Assembly (NCBI GenBank): GCA_963822445.1
Contig: CAWGHO010000003.1
Coordinates: 1,792,333 to 1,856,332, forward strand
Length of the DNA stretch: 64,000 bases
Source of the DNA: an uncultured Acidobacteriota bacterium
GTDB lineage: Bacteria; Acidobacteriota; Thermoanaerobaculia; Gp7-AA8
Direction: 5' to 3'
Shown here piece by piece: positions 56,365 through 64,000 of the stretch; the first letter of the stretch is position 1, and each line of letters starts with the position of its first letter. A model generated the notes under the pieces. It had not been told where the DNA came from. It did no database searches and saw only the letters and a list, made by a program, of their open reading frames with translations. The translations under genes were made by a program, and so were the position numbers.

Positions 56365-57655
56365 CCTGTCGACCGCCGTGCGCGTCTGGCTCGCCCACCA
56401 CTACTACGGGTTCGAGACCGGTGACGACGTGGAGATCGCGCAGGAAGCGTTCCGCGCCGCGCTGGGGCTCGATTACGCGCCCTGGAACATCCGCAATCTC
56501 TTCGTCTCGAACGCGCTCGTCGCGCCGCTGCTGCAGATCGCGTCGCTCTTCGGCGTCACCGATCCCTTCGCGCTGGCGACGCTGGCCCGCTATCCGTTCA
56601 TCCTGTTCGCCGGAGTGAACGTCCTCCTGGTCTACTTCCTCGGCCGCCAGTGGTTTTCGGAGGAAGCGGGCTTTCTCGCCGCGGCGCTCTATTCGATTCA
56701 CTGGCTGCCGCTGGTGTTCGGGAGCTCGCTCTATCCGCGGATTCCGGGGACGACGTTTCTTTTGCTGGCGGCGCTGGCCGGACATTTCCCCGCCGGCTGG
56801 CTCGCTTCGCTCGCGTTCGCGATGAGGTACAGCGAGATCGTGTTTCTGCTTCCGTTGCTGTTTAGGAGTGCGGCGGCAGGGCCGCCGCTTTCCTACCAAA
56901 GCGGCGACTGGCGCCGCCGCACTCCTAAACTGGTCGGCGGCTTCGCACTGGGCGTCCTCCTCTTCGTCGGCCTCTACGACTGGCTCTCTTGGGGCCGCCC
57001 GTTCGCGAGCCTCATCGAGTTCGCGCGCTACACGCTCATCGCCCGCGAGTCCTCATCGCTCGTCAAAGCGCAGCCGCCCTGGTGGTACATCGCCGCGCTA
57101 CCGCAGTGGCTCGCGCCACCGCTTTGGCCGTTCCTTTGGCGTGAGAAAAAGAAAGCGCTCGCGTTCATCGTCCTGCCCGTGATCGCCCTCAGCCTCATCC
57201 ATCACAAGGAGCTGCGCTATCTGCAGGCGGTCATTCCCTTCGCCATGATCCTCGCCGCGGCAGGCGCGCTGGCCTGGTGGAAGGAGGGCCGGCGCAAGCT
57301 GGTGATCGTGCTGCTGATCCTCGCCCTGCCCCTTCAGCTCGCGCGCATTCGCTCGATCGAAAAGCGGACCATGGCCGCCGTCGATGCCGCCCGCTCCATG
57401 CAATCCGCGAATCGCGTCGCTTTGTCGCAAGAGTGGGCGTACGGGGGAAGACTCTTTCTGCACAACGTCGAGGAGCTGGGGATTCCGCCGGATGTGGCGC
57501 GGCTGCGCGAGGCTGCGCCGCGAGTCGATTGCGTGGCGATGTATCGGAGTCAGATCACGCCGGAGATGCGGGCGATCGTCGCGGAGGCAGGATTGACGAC
57601 TGCGCGCGGCTTCGAGCGCGCGCGCAGTCGTCCGGTGGACGTCTTCTGCCGGTGA
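56318..57655 (+). CDS. polytopic membrane protein, GT-C-type glycosyltransferase-like, carrying an in-frame 69-nt palindromic-element insertion
   Basis: ~10 TM helices, HHYYGFETGDDVE loop; continuous ORF through repeat copy D (56861-56929), which encodes LFRSAAAGPPLSYQSGDWRRRTPK. Confidence 0.5.
   Translation: MLRCRSMLRRVVILAILSTAVRVWLAHHYYGFETGDDVEIAQEAFRAALGLDYAPWNIRNLFVSNALVAPLLQIASLFGVTDPFALATLARYPFILFAGVNVLLVYFLGRQWFSEEAGFLAAALYSIHWLPLVFGSSLYPRIPGTTFLLLAALAGHFPAGWLASLAFAMRYSEIVFLLPLLFRSAAAGPPLSYQSGDWRRRTPKLVGGFALGVLLFVGLYDWLSWGRPFASLIEFARYTLIARESSSLVKAQPPWWYIAALPQWLAPPLWPFLWREKKKALAFIVLPVIALSLIHHKELRYLQAVIPFAMILAAAGALAWWKEGRRKLVIVLLILALPLQLARIRSIEKRTMAAVDAARSMQSANRVALSQEWAYGGRLFLHNVEELGIPPDVARLREAAPRVDCVAMYRSQITPEMRAIVAEAGLTTARGFERARSRPVDVFCR
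56861..56929. repeat. palindromic repeat element, copy D, inserted in-frame (69 nt = 23 codons) inside a coding sequence
   Basis: TTTAGGAGTGCGGCGGC-AGG-GCCGCCGC-TTTCCTACCAAA-GCGGCGAC-TGGC-GCCGCCGC-ACTCCTAAA; flanked by CTG on both sides. Confidence 0.8.
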
Positions 57656-60600
57656 TTACTTCCTCGCGTGAACGTTCATCGATCCTCCGTCGAGTGCCTG
57701 CTGGGAGGCCTTCAGACCGTTCCAGTTCGTGCTGAGCCAGAGGGCTCCGTCGGCGCTCCAGACCGTGGCCGCGAACGTGTCCGCATTGCCGGCATCCTTC
57801 AGGGACACGTGCAGACGGGCCGCCGGGTCGACGAGCACCGCCGCGTCGGCGTTGGTGACGTCTTCGATCCGCGCCGTGGCCAGCACTTCCGCCGACCCAC
57901 CACTCGGATTGACCTGAATGGCGGCGGCCTGCAACTCGGTGGTGGTGATGCGATAGGTGCGGACGACACCGCCGGCAGTGCGCTTCAGTTCGATTCGCAC
58001 CGATCCGGAGGCGCTCCGCTCGACGTTCTTCGCGTCGATGTTGATGTGAATCTTCGACCCCACGTCAGCCCCAAGGCGCCCGGCGCTCCGCGTGGCGACG
58101 AGGAATCCGGCTCCGGTGGTGAAGTCGCGTGTGGCCCGCTCGATGACGATGGTCACGTCGTCCGCCGCGGCGTTTCGAATGTAGTGCCCGCTCACGACGG
58201 TGCCAACGCCGATTGACGCGCGCGACGCCACATCGACCGTCGCCGTGCAGGTTGCGGTCGCGATGCGTGCATCGCTCGGGTCGAGCAACGCCAGGGCCGC
58301 GGTGCACAGCGCAGTGCCGGACAACCGATCGACGAACGTCACCGTGGCGTTCGCGACGTCGCCCGCGGCCGCGTCACCCGCCGCATCGGGAGTCGCGCTG
58401 ATGTCGGCGATCGTCGCGGCCAGGAGCAGCGTGGCAGTGGTGGATGTTTGACCGGACGGAGCCGCCACCGTGAGGCCGGTGTAAGCCGCCCGCGCATCCT
58501 CGGGCGTCACGGTGAGCGTGCCGGAAACGAAGGTGATGACGTAGTTGGTGCTGGTGAGGCCGGAGACCGAGACGGTGTAGGAGCCGGGTGCGCTCAGCGC
58601 GGTCGCGCTGGTCGCGAACAGCGGCAGGCCGCCGAGAACGGCCGGAGTCTCGCCGAGGACCAACCCGTCAACTGCGACGATGAACGGCGGCAGCGCGTCA
58701 CTGTACTGCTTCGCGCTGTCCACCACGCGTACCACCAGCGGCGACGGCAGCACCGCCAGCGTGGCCGGAACGATGGTCACGTTGTAGTTCGGCAAGCGGT
58801 TGGACGGATCGTTCAGAGAGGCGTTGATGGCATAGCTGCCGGTCGCGCTGGCGGCAGTCGCCGTGGTCGAGTACGAGGCGGTGACCGGGTCGCCGTTGAC
58901 GACGCCCGTCACTACGCCGGTGAGCGGCGGCAGCGGCGCGCCGTAGAGTTTCGACGCGGCGTTCACCGCGACGTGCAACGGAGCGCGAGTGACCATGATC
59001 GAAACGCTTGCACCGGCGGCAAGGTAGTTGTCAGTCGCGGCGGCCGTGACTTGCAGGACGTGCTGGCCGGCGTCGAGAACCGTTCCCACGGCAGGCGTGT
59101 ACGTCAGCAGTCCATGCGGTGCCGGTCCGGCGACGGAGACAGTCGCGTTGAGCTGCGCCGCGCCGAGGGCGGTGCCGTAGACGACGGAGGAGGGATTACT
59201 CCAGGCGATCGACTGAGCCGCCTTTTCGACAGTGACCTGCACTGCGGCTTCGGCGGCGTTGTAATTGGCGCCATCGGACGGCGCGAAGCGGACGCGCAGC
59301 GTGTGCGTGCCGGCGTCGAGGATCGTTCCGGCCGCGGGCGTGTAGACGAAGGCGCCCGCGACGTCGGCGGTCGCGTTGAGCTGCGCCGTGGAGAGCGCTC
59401 CGCCGTAGACGAATGCCGCCGGAGCCGGCCAGGTCAGAACCGGATCGGCTTTGCGCACGGTCAGCTCGACGGAGAGTGACGCGGCGGTGTAGTTGCCGGT
59501 TTCCGCCGCGTCGACGGTGAGGACGTGCGTACCGGCCGGGAGAAGCGTTCCGGCCACGGGGTTGTAGGTCAGCGCGCCGGCCGGGGAAGGTCCGGCGACG
59601 GAAACGGTCGCGTTGAGCTGCTGCGCGTCGAGACGCGTGCCGTAGACGATGGCGGCGGGATCGCTCCAGGCCAGCACCTGCGGCGCTTTGGTCACGACCA
59701 CCGTCACCGTCGCAGCGGCTGAGTTGTAGTTCGCCGGATCAGTCGGGGTGAAAGCGGCGCTGAGCATGTGCGCGCCGGCGTCGAGGACGGCCCCGGCTGC
59801 GGGTGTGTAGACGAACGTGCCGGACACGTCGGCCGTGGCGTTGAGCTGCGCCGATGACAGCGCGGTGCTGTAGACGATGTTCGCCGGATCGGCCCAGGTC
59901 AGGACCGGGGTCGCTTTGTTGACGGTGATGCTCACGCTCGAGGCCGCGGCGTTGTAATTCCCCCCGTCGTTCGGAGTGAACGTCGCATGGAGGGCGTGCG
60001 TCCCGGCGCTCAACACCGTTCCCGACGCGGGCGAGTACACAAACGTGCCCGGAACCGACGCGGTCGCGTTCAACTGCGACGCGGAGAGCGCGGTGCCATA
60101 GACGATCGCGGAGGGAGTGGCCCAACTGATCGACGGCGTGGCCTTGTTCACGACCAGCGACACCGTTGAGGTGGCGCCGTTGTAGTTCGCGGCGTCACTC
60201 GGGGTGAAGGTCGCGCTCAGCGAATGGGTGCCGGCGCTCAACACCGTTCCCGACGCGGGCGAGTACACGAACGTGCCCGGAACCGACGCGGTCGCGTTCA
60301 ACTGCGACGCGGAGAGCGCGGTGCCATAGACGATCGCGGAGGGAGTGGCCCAACTGATCGACGGCGTGGCCTTGTTCACGACCAGCGACATCGTTGAGGT
60401 GGCGCCGTTGTAGTTCGCGGCGTCACTCGGTGTGAAGGTCGCGCTCAGCGAATGGGTGCCGGCGCTCAGCACCGTTCCCGACGCGGGCGAGTAGGCGAAC
60501 GTCCCCGGAACCGACGCGGTCGCGTTCAACTGCGACGCGGAGAGCGGAGTGCCGTAAACGATCGCCGCGGGATTCGGCCAGGTGATCGACGGCGTGGCCT

Positions 60601-63600
60601 TGTTCACGAGCAGGCTCACCGTGGCAGTTGCCGCCTCGTAATTCGCGGTAGCCGCGGCGTTGGCGGTCAGCGTGTGCGTTCCGGCCGGGAGCACCGTTCC
60701 GGCCGCGGGGCTATACGTCAGCGCGCCGAGCGCGGTCGCGTTGAGCTGCGCGGTGCCGAGCGCCGTGCCGTATGGAATCGCTGCCGGTTGGGGCCAGGTG
60801 ATTTGCTGGGAGGCCTTGGAGACGACCAGCTGGACGGCGGCAGTGCCGCCGGTGTACGACGGATCGGCCGGCGTGAAAGTCGCTGTCAGCGTGTGCGTGC
60901 CGGCAGGCAGCACCGTTCCGGCCGCGGGCGTGTAGGTGAACGTGCCGGCGATGTCGGCGGTCGCGTCGAGTTGCGCCGCACCGAGGGGCGTGCCGTATGC
61001 AATCGACGCGGGAGGAGCCCACGCGATCGTCGCCGTGGCGCCACGAACGGTGATGAGGCGTGTCATCGTCGCCGTCGCGTAGTTGGTGGTGTTCGACGGA
61101 GTGAAGACCGCCTGCAGCGAATGCTCGCCGACCGGCAAAACCGTTCCGGACGGCGGGGCGTAGACGAACGATCCAGGCACGTCGGCGGTGGCGTTGAGTT
61201 GTGTGCTGCCGAGGGGCGTGCCGGCCACGATGCTTGCTGGATGGGGCCACGACAGAACCGGCACACCCTTGGTGATGGTGAGCGTTCCGGCGCGCGAGGC
61301 CGCAGGGTACGTGGTATCACCGGCGAAGCTGGCCACGACCGGATAGCTCCCGGCGTTGTACGTCCCGGCCACGGTGATCGAAGCGAAGCCGCCGCCGTCG
61401 GTCAGCGCGCTGCCGGCGGCGGCGCTGTTGATCTTGAAGGTGATCGTGCGGCCGGCGATCCCCTCCCCGTCCGAGGTGAGCTGCGCGTAGAGCGTGATCG
61501 ACGTTCCGTACGCGGCGGTGGCGTTCTGGAGGGTGACGCCCGACAGCGTCGGGGGCGCTTCCGGGGTTCCGCTTCCGCCCTGAATGGCCAGAGTCGGCTC
61601 GAGCTGTACCAGCGTCACGCTCGACTCCACCACGGTGTTGTTCATCACATCGATGCGCGTGCTGCCGTTGCTGCTCTGCCACAGCAGGTCGGGCTTGCCG
61701 TCGCCGCTGTAATCCTGCACGCCGACGATCGACCAGGACAGATCGTCATCGGTGGCGATGACCGCCTCGGTGCCGATGCGGCGCGCCGACAGCGGATCGT
61801 CGCCGCCGATCCGCGCCATCGACTGCACGTGCATGTGGTTCATGTACCAGACCTGGTTCTCGCCGCTGGCGCGGTTGCGCCAGACGAGGTCCGGGTCCTG
61901 ATCGCCGTCGAAGTCCTCGCTGCCGACGAGCTGCCACGATGAATTCATGGTCGGCAGCACGTACGCATTGTCCTCGCGCGCCGAATTGAGCGTGCGGACG
62001 AGCGTCTCGCCGGTGGCATAGTTGCGAACCACGAGATCGTCCTCGCCGTCGTTGTCGAAGTCGCCGACAGCGCCGATCTGCTCGTTTGGATCAGCGTGAA
62101 CCTCGATCGGCTGCTCGAGGGTCTTGACACCGTTCGACATCAGCCAGGCCTTGGTCTGGCCGGTGTTGCGATCGCGGAAGATGAGGTCGGGGTTGCCGTC
62201 GTTGTCGATGTCGCCGACGCCCTGGATCTGCTGGTTGGCGTCGGAAGGCTCCAGGGTCCACGTCGACGCGGTCCTGGTCTTGTCCATCATCCAGAGCGTT
62301 CCGTCGCCGGTTGCTGTCTCACGAATGATGACGTCCGACGAGCCGTCGTTGTTGAAGTCATGGCGCACGCTGCGCCGGCGTCCGGGATTGGCGTGGCGGA
62401 TGGTGATCATGGCGGTGCGGCTGTTGACCGTGCCGCAACTGTTGCCGACCTCCACCCAGTATTCGGTGGTCTCGTTCGGCCGGACGAAGAACGACCCGCC
62501 GGTGAGGCCCCAGAGACGCTGCGTGCGGTCGCCGGCCTTGCCGATGTACCAGACGTAGGTCGAGGCGTTGTCGGCGGAGACGCCGATGGTGGTCCCCTGG
62601 CCGCGCCGGAGCGTGGCCGAGCTGGGGTGATAGATGATGCGCGGCTTGCAGGACGGTCCGATGCCGAACGTCTCGCGCGCCGTGGTCAAGTCGGAGTCGG
62701 CCGTGATCGGACCGCCGGCGGGATCGCTGGAGGCAGCCCAATACTTGCCGTTCGCGGCCTCGATGACCACGCGGAATCCGTCGTGGATCGTCGCGCCGGG
62801 AACGATCCGTCCGGCGAAGGACATGAAGTGGACCGTGAACGTCGTCGCCGACGACGGCGAGCCGACGATGGAGAGCGTTCCGTCGGCCGCGGCCGAGAAG
62901 TAGCCGCCGTTGTCGTTCTGGATGTAGACCAGGTCGCCGCCGACGAGGGCGCCGGCATTGAAGTCGGTGAAGATCAGAGTCTGCGACGGGCCGAGGTTCG
63001 AAGAGGTCGCGGTGGCGGTGCCGGAGACGTAGTGATCGTTGTAGGTCTCGAGCGCGTAGTCGAGCTGGTTGTCGCCGACGACGCTCACCCGGGCCCGCGC
63101 TTCGACCTCGCCGCATGGCGTCGAGACGACCACGATGTATTCACGGGTGGCGGTCGGAGAGACCACCAGACCGGGCTCCGGTCCGTCCTGGATGGGCACG
63201 TGTCCGCTGGTCTGCCCGCCGACCGGTACCTCGTACCACTTGTAATTCATCACACCGCGGCCGGAGGCATCGACCATGAGGGTGGCCGGATCGCCGCGGT
63301 TGACCGTCTGCCACTCCGGAGCCTTGTTGATGCGTGGCGCCGCGCACGTCACCGTCACCAGCGCGTGCTGGCTGCGGACGCTCGTGCAGGCGTTGCTGAC
63401 CTTGACCCAGTAGTAGCCGGACTCGTTCGGCGCGCGGATGCGGAGCTGAGGGCCGGTCTGGCCGGTGATCGGTCCGGACTCGTCTTCTTCCTGTCCGTCG
63501 TACCACTGATAGGTGACGCCGGCCGATGAAGTGACGTCGACGTCGAGGGTGAAAAAGTCGCCCGCGTCGGCAACGACCGGGTCCGGATGGTCGCGGATCA

Positions 63601-64000
63601 GGATGGAGGGACAGGCCGTCGCGGACGCGCAGCCGGCGCCGCATTCGACCGGCGGATAAGGCAGTTTCTGCAGCCAGTCGGTAATGGCTTTCTTCGGCGC
63701 GGTGAAGCCCGCCCGCCAGATGCCCGTCGAGTCTTCGAAGTCTGCGATTCTGTAGATGAAGGCCTTGGTGATGTTCCAGTTCGCCCACTCGTCACAGCCG
63801 TCGTCGTGCGCGCCGGACATCACCTCCACGGAGCGGCGCAGCCGCTCCATCTGCAGTTTTTCGTCCTCGTGCTCGCTGTTCGGGAGGGTGAAGCGCCAGA
63901 AGCTGTTCTTGACCTCGGAGAGATATCCGAACTCGCTGATCCACAGCTCTTTTCCGGCCAGTGCGGGAGCCTGGCGCCGCATCGCGCGGACGGCGGAGTT
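57656..64000 (-). CDS. giant (>2100 aa) cell-surface protein, 5' end outside the window: GH5-like remnant, Ig-like domains, 5 FG-GAP/VCBS repeats, >=12 tandem ~78-aa Ig-like (MBG/YDG-type) repeats, C-terminal beta-rich domains
   Basis: FG-GAP repeats (DFNNDGSSDVIIR, DIDNDGNPDLIFR, DFDNDGEDDLVVR, DFDGDQDPDLVWR, DYSGDGKPDLLW); repeated AIVYGTALSASQLNATASVPGTFVYSPASGTVLSAGTHSLSATFTPSDAANYNGAT units; the frame stays open upstream of the ATG at 63982 to the window edge. Confidence 0.8.
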   Translation of the reverse strand, partial: NSAVRAMRRQAPALAGKELWISEFGYLSEVKNSFWRFTLPNSEHEDEKLQMERLRRSVEVMSGAHDDGCDEWANWNITKAFIYRIADFEDSTGIWRAGFTAPKKAITDWLQKLPYPPVECGAGCASATACPSILIRDHPDPVVADAGDFFTLDVDVTSSAGVTYQWYDGQEEDESGPITGQTGPQLRIRAPNESGYYWVKVSNACTSVRSQHALVTVTCAAPRINKAPEWQTVNRGDPATLMVDASGRGVMNYKWYEVPVGGQTSGHVPIQDGPEPGLVVSPTATREYIVVVSTPCGEVEARARVSVVGDNQLDYALETYNDHYVSGTATATSSNLGPSQTLIFTDFNAGALVGGDLVYIQNDNGGYFSAAADGTLSIVGSPSSATTFTVHFMSFAGRIVPGATIHDGFRVVIEAANGKYWAASSDPAGGPITADSDLTTARETFGIGPSCKPRIIYHPSSATLRRGQGTTIGVSADNASTYVWYIGKAGDRTQRLWGLTGGSFFVRPNETTEYWVEVGNSCGTVNSRTAMITIRHANPGRRRSVRHDFNNDGSSDVIIRETATGDGTLWMMDKTRTASTWTLEPSDANQQIQGVGDIDNDGNPDLIFRDRNTGQTKAWLMSNGVKTLEQPIEVHADPNEQIGAVGDFDNDGEDDLVVRNYATGETLVRTLNSAREDNAYVLPTMNSSWQLVGSEDFDGDQDPDLVWRNRASGENQVWYMNHMHVQSMARIGGDDPLSARRIGTEAVIATDDDLSWSIVGVQDYSGDGKPDLLWQSSNGSTRIDVMNNTVVESSVTLVQLEPTLAIQGGSGTPEAPPTLSGVTLQNATAAYGTSITLYAQLTSDGEGIAGRTITFKINSAAAGSALTDGGGFASITVAGTYNAGSYPVVASFAGDTTYPAASRAGTLTITKGVPVLSWPHPASIVAGTPLGSTQLNATADVPGSFVYAPPSGTVLPVGEHSLQAVFTPSNTTNYATATMTRLITVRGATATIAWAPPASIAYGTPLGAAQLDATADIAGTFTYTPAAGTVLPAGTHTLTATFTPADPSYTGGTAAVQLVVSKASQQITWPQPAAIPYGTALGTAQLNATALGALTYSPAAGTVLPAGTHTLTANAAATANYEAATATVSLLVNKATPSITWPNPAAIVYGTPLSASQLNATASVPGTFAYSPASGTVLSAGTHSLSATFTPSDAANYNGATSTMSLVVNKATPSISWATPSAIVYGTALSASQLNATASVPGTFVYSPASGTVLSAGTHSLSATFTPSDAANYNGATSTVSLVVNKATPSISWATPSAIVYGTALSASQLNATASVPGTFVYSPASGTVLSAGTHALHATFTPNDGGNYNAAASSVSITVNKATPVLTWADPANIVYSTALSSAQLNATADVSGTFVYTPAAGAVLDAGAHMLSAAFTPTDPANYNSAAATVTVVVTKAPQVLAWSDPAAIVYGTRLDAQQLNATVSVAGPSPAGALTYNPVAGTLLPAGTHVLTVDAAETGNYTAASLSVELTVRKADPVLTWPAPAAFVYGGALSTAQLNATADVAGAFVYTPAAGTILDAGTHTLRVRFAPSDGANYNAAEAAVQVTVEKAAQSIAWSNPSSVVYGTALGAAQLNATVSVAGPAPHGLLTYTPAVGTVLDAGQHVLQVTAAATDNYLAAGASVSIMVTRAPLHVAVNAASKLYGAPLPPLTGVVTGVVNGDPVTASYSTTATAASATGSYAINASLNDPSNRLPNYNVTIVPATLAVLPSPLVVRVVDSAKQYSDALPPFIVAVDGLVLGETPAVLGGLPLFATSATALSAPGSYTVSVSGLTSTNYVITFVSGTLTVTPEDARAAYTGLTVAAPSGQTSTTATLLLAATIADISATPDAAGDAAAGDVANATVTFVDRLSGTALCTAALALLDPSDARIATATCTATVDVASRASIGVGTVVSGHYIRNAAADDVTIVIERATRDFTTGAGFLVATRSAGRLGADVGSKIHINIDAKNVERSASGSVRIELKRTAGGVVRTYRITTTELQAAAIQVNPSGGSAEVLATARIEDVTNADAAVLVDPAARLHVSLKDAGNADTFAATVWSADGALWLSTNWNGLKASQQALDGGSMNVHARK
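60003..60700. repeat. three near-identical 234-bp tandem DNA repeats (coding Ig-like repeat units) inside the giant gene
   Basis: Units 60003-60236, 60237-60470, 60471-~60700 differ by only a few substitutions. Confidence 0.8.

Noticed and set aside
59900-61300. CRISPR array suggested by regular direct repeats
   Set aside because: The periodicity is 234 bp, the units are coding (one Ig-like domain each) and there are no short spacers or cas genes. These are protein-domain tandem repeats.

Overview
This 64-kb window comes from a very GC-rich bacterial chromosome (GC looks close to 70% by eye). All calls below rest on reading motifs in the six-frame translations; no database search was possible.

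**Housekeeping genes.** These form the backbone: a 2-oxo-acid dehydrogenase E2, a lipB-lipA pair, the conserved tilS-hpt-ftsH block, hemB, radA, folK, tatA-tatC, tsaA, an ECF sigma factor, L-asparaginase I, a C-terminal processing protease, a small Fe-S cluster (ferredoxin, ferritin-like protein, IscA/HesB), and a zinc-ribbon/LemA/TPM/TPM operon.

**Secreted and surface proteins.** There is an unusual density of very large ones: a ~1260-aa beta-helix/Calx-beta/DUF11 protein with an N-terminal CSLREA motif and a C-terminal IPTL-CTERM-type sorting signal; a 944-aa FN3/cadherin-like HExxH metalloprotease; an S8 subtilase with C-terminal SLH-like repeats; an ~1140-aa BNR/Asp-box protein; and a >2100-aa FG-GAP/Ig-like repeat protein that runs off the 3' edge of the window.

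**Rearrangements and mobile-like DNA.** One tRNA gene (CAT anticodon) sits in a locally duplicated region with a decayed tRNA copy. Four copies of a ~70-90-bp nested palindromic element family occur; one copy is inserted in-frame (69 nt) into a membrane glycosyltransferase-like gene, and three others supply stop codons or C-terminal residues to neighbouring genes. A second hairpin family built from GTAGGCR/GTGGGCA heptamers occurs at two loci.

**Other points worth a second look.**
- A three-domain fusion (Asp/Asn beta-hydroxylase, sulfotransferase, uncharacterised C-terminal domain) is transcribed divergently from the giant IPTL-CTERM protein.
- A patatin-like phospholipase has its Ser and Asp catalytic motifs separated by a ~550-aa polytopic membrane domain.
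- LipB is fused to a NUDIX hydrolase domain.
- CGTAAC-type hexamer arrays flank ftsH.
- Several apparent single-base frameshifts (yjbR, the ansA start, a small gene at 23.2 kb) suggest indel errors in the assembly or recent pseudogenisation.

The high GC content produces many long antisense ORFs, which were rejected. No CRISPR array, integrase, transposase or recognisable defence system was found.
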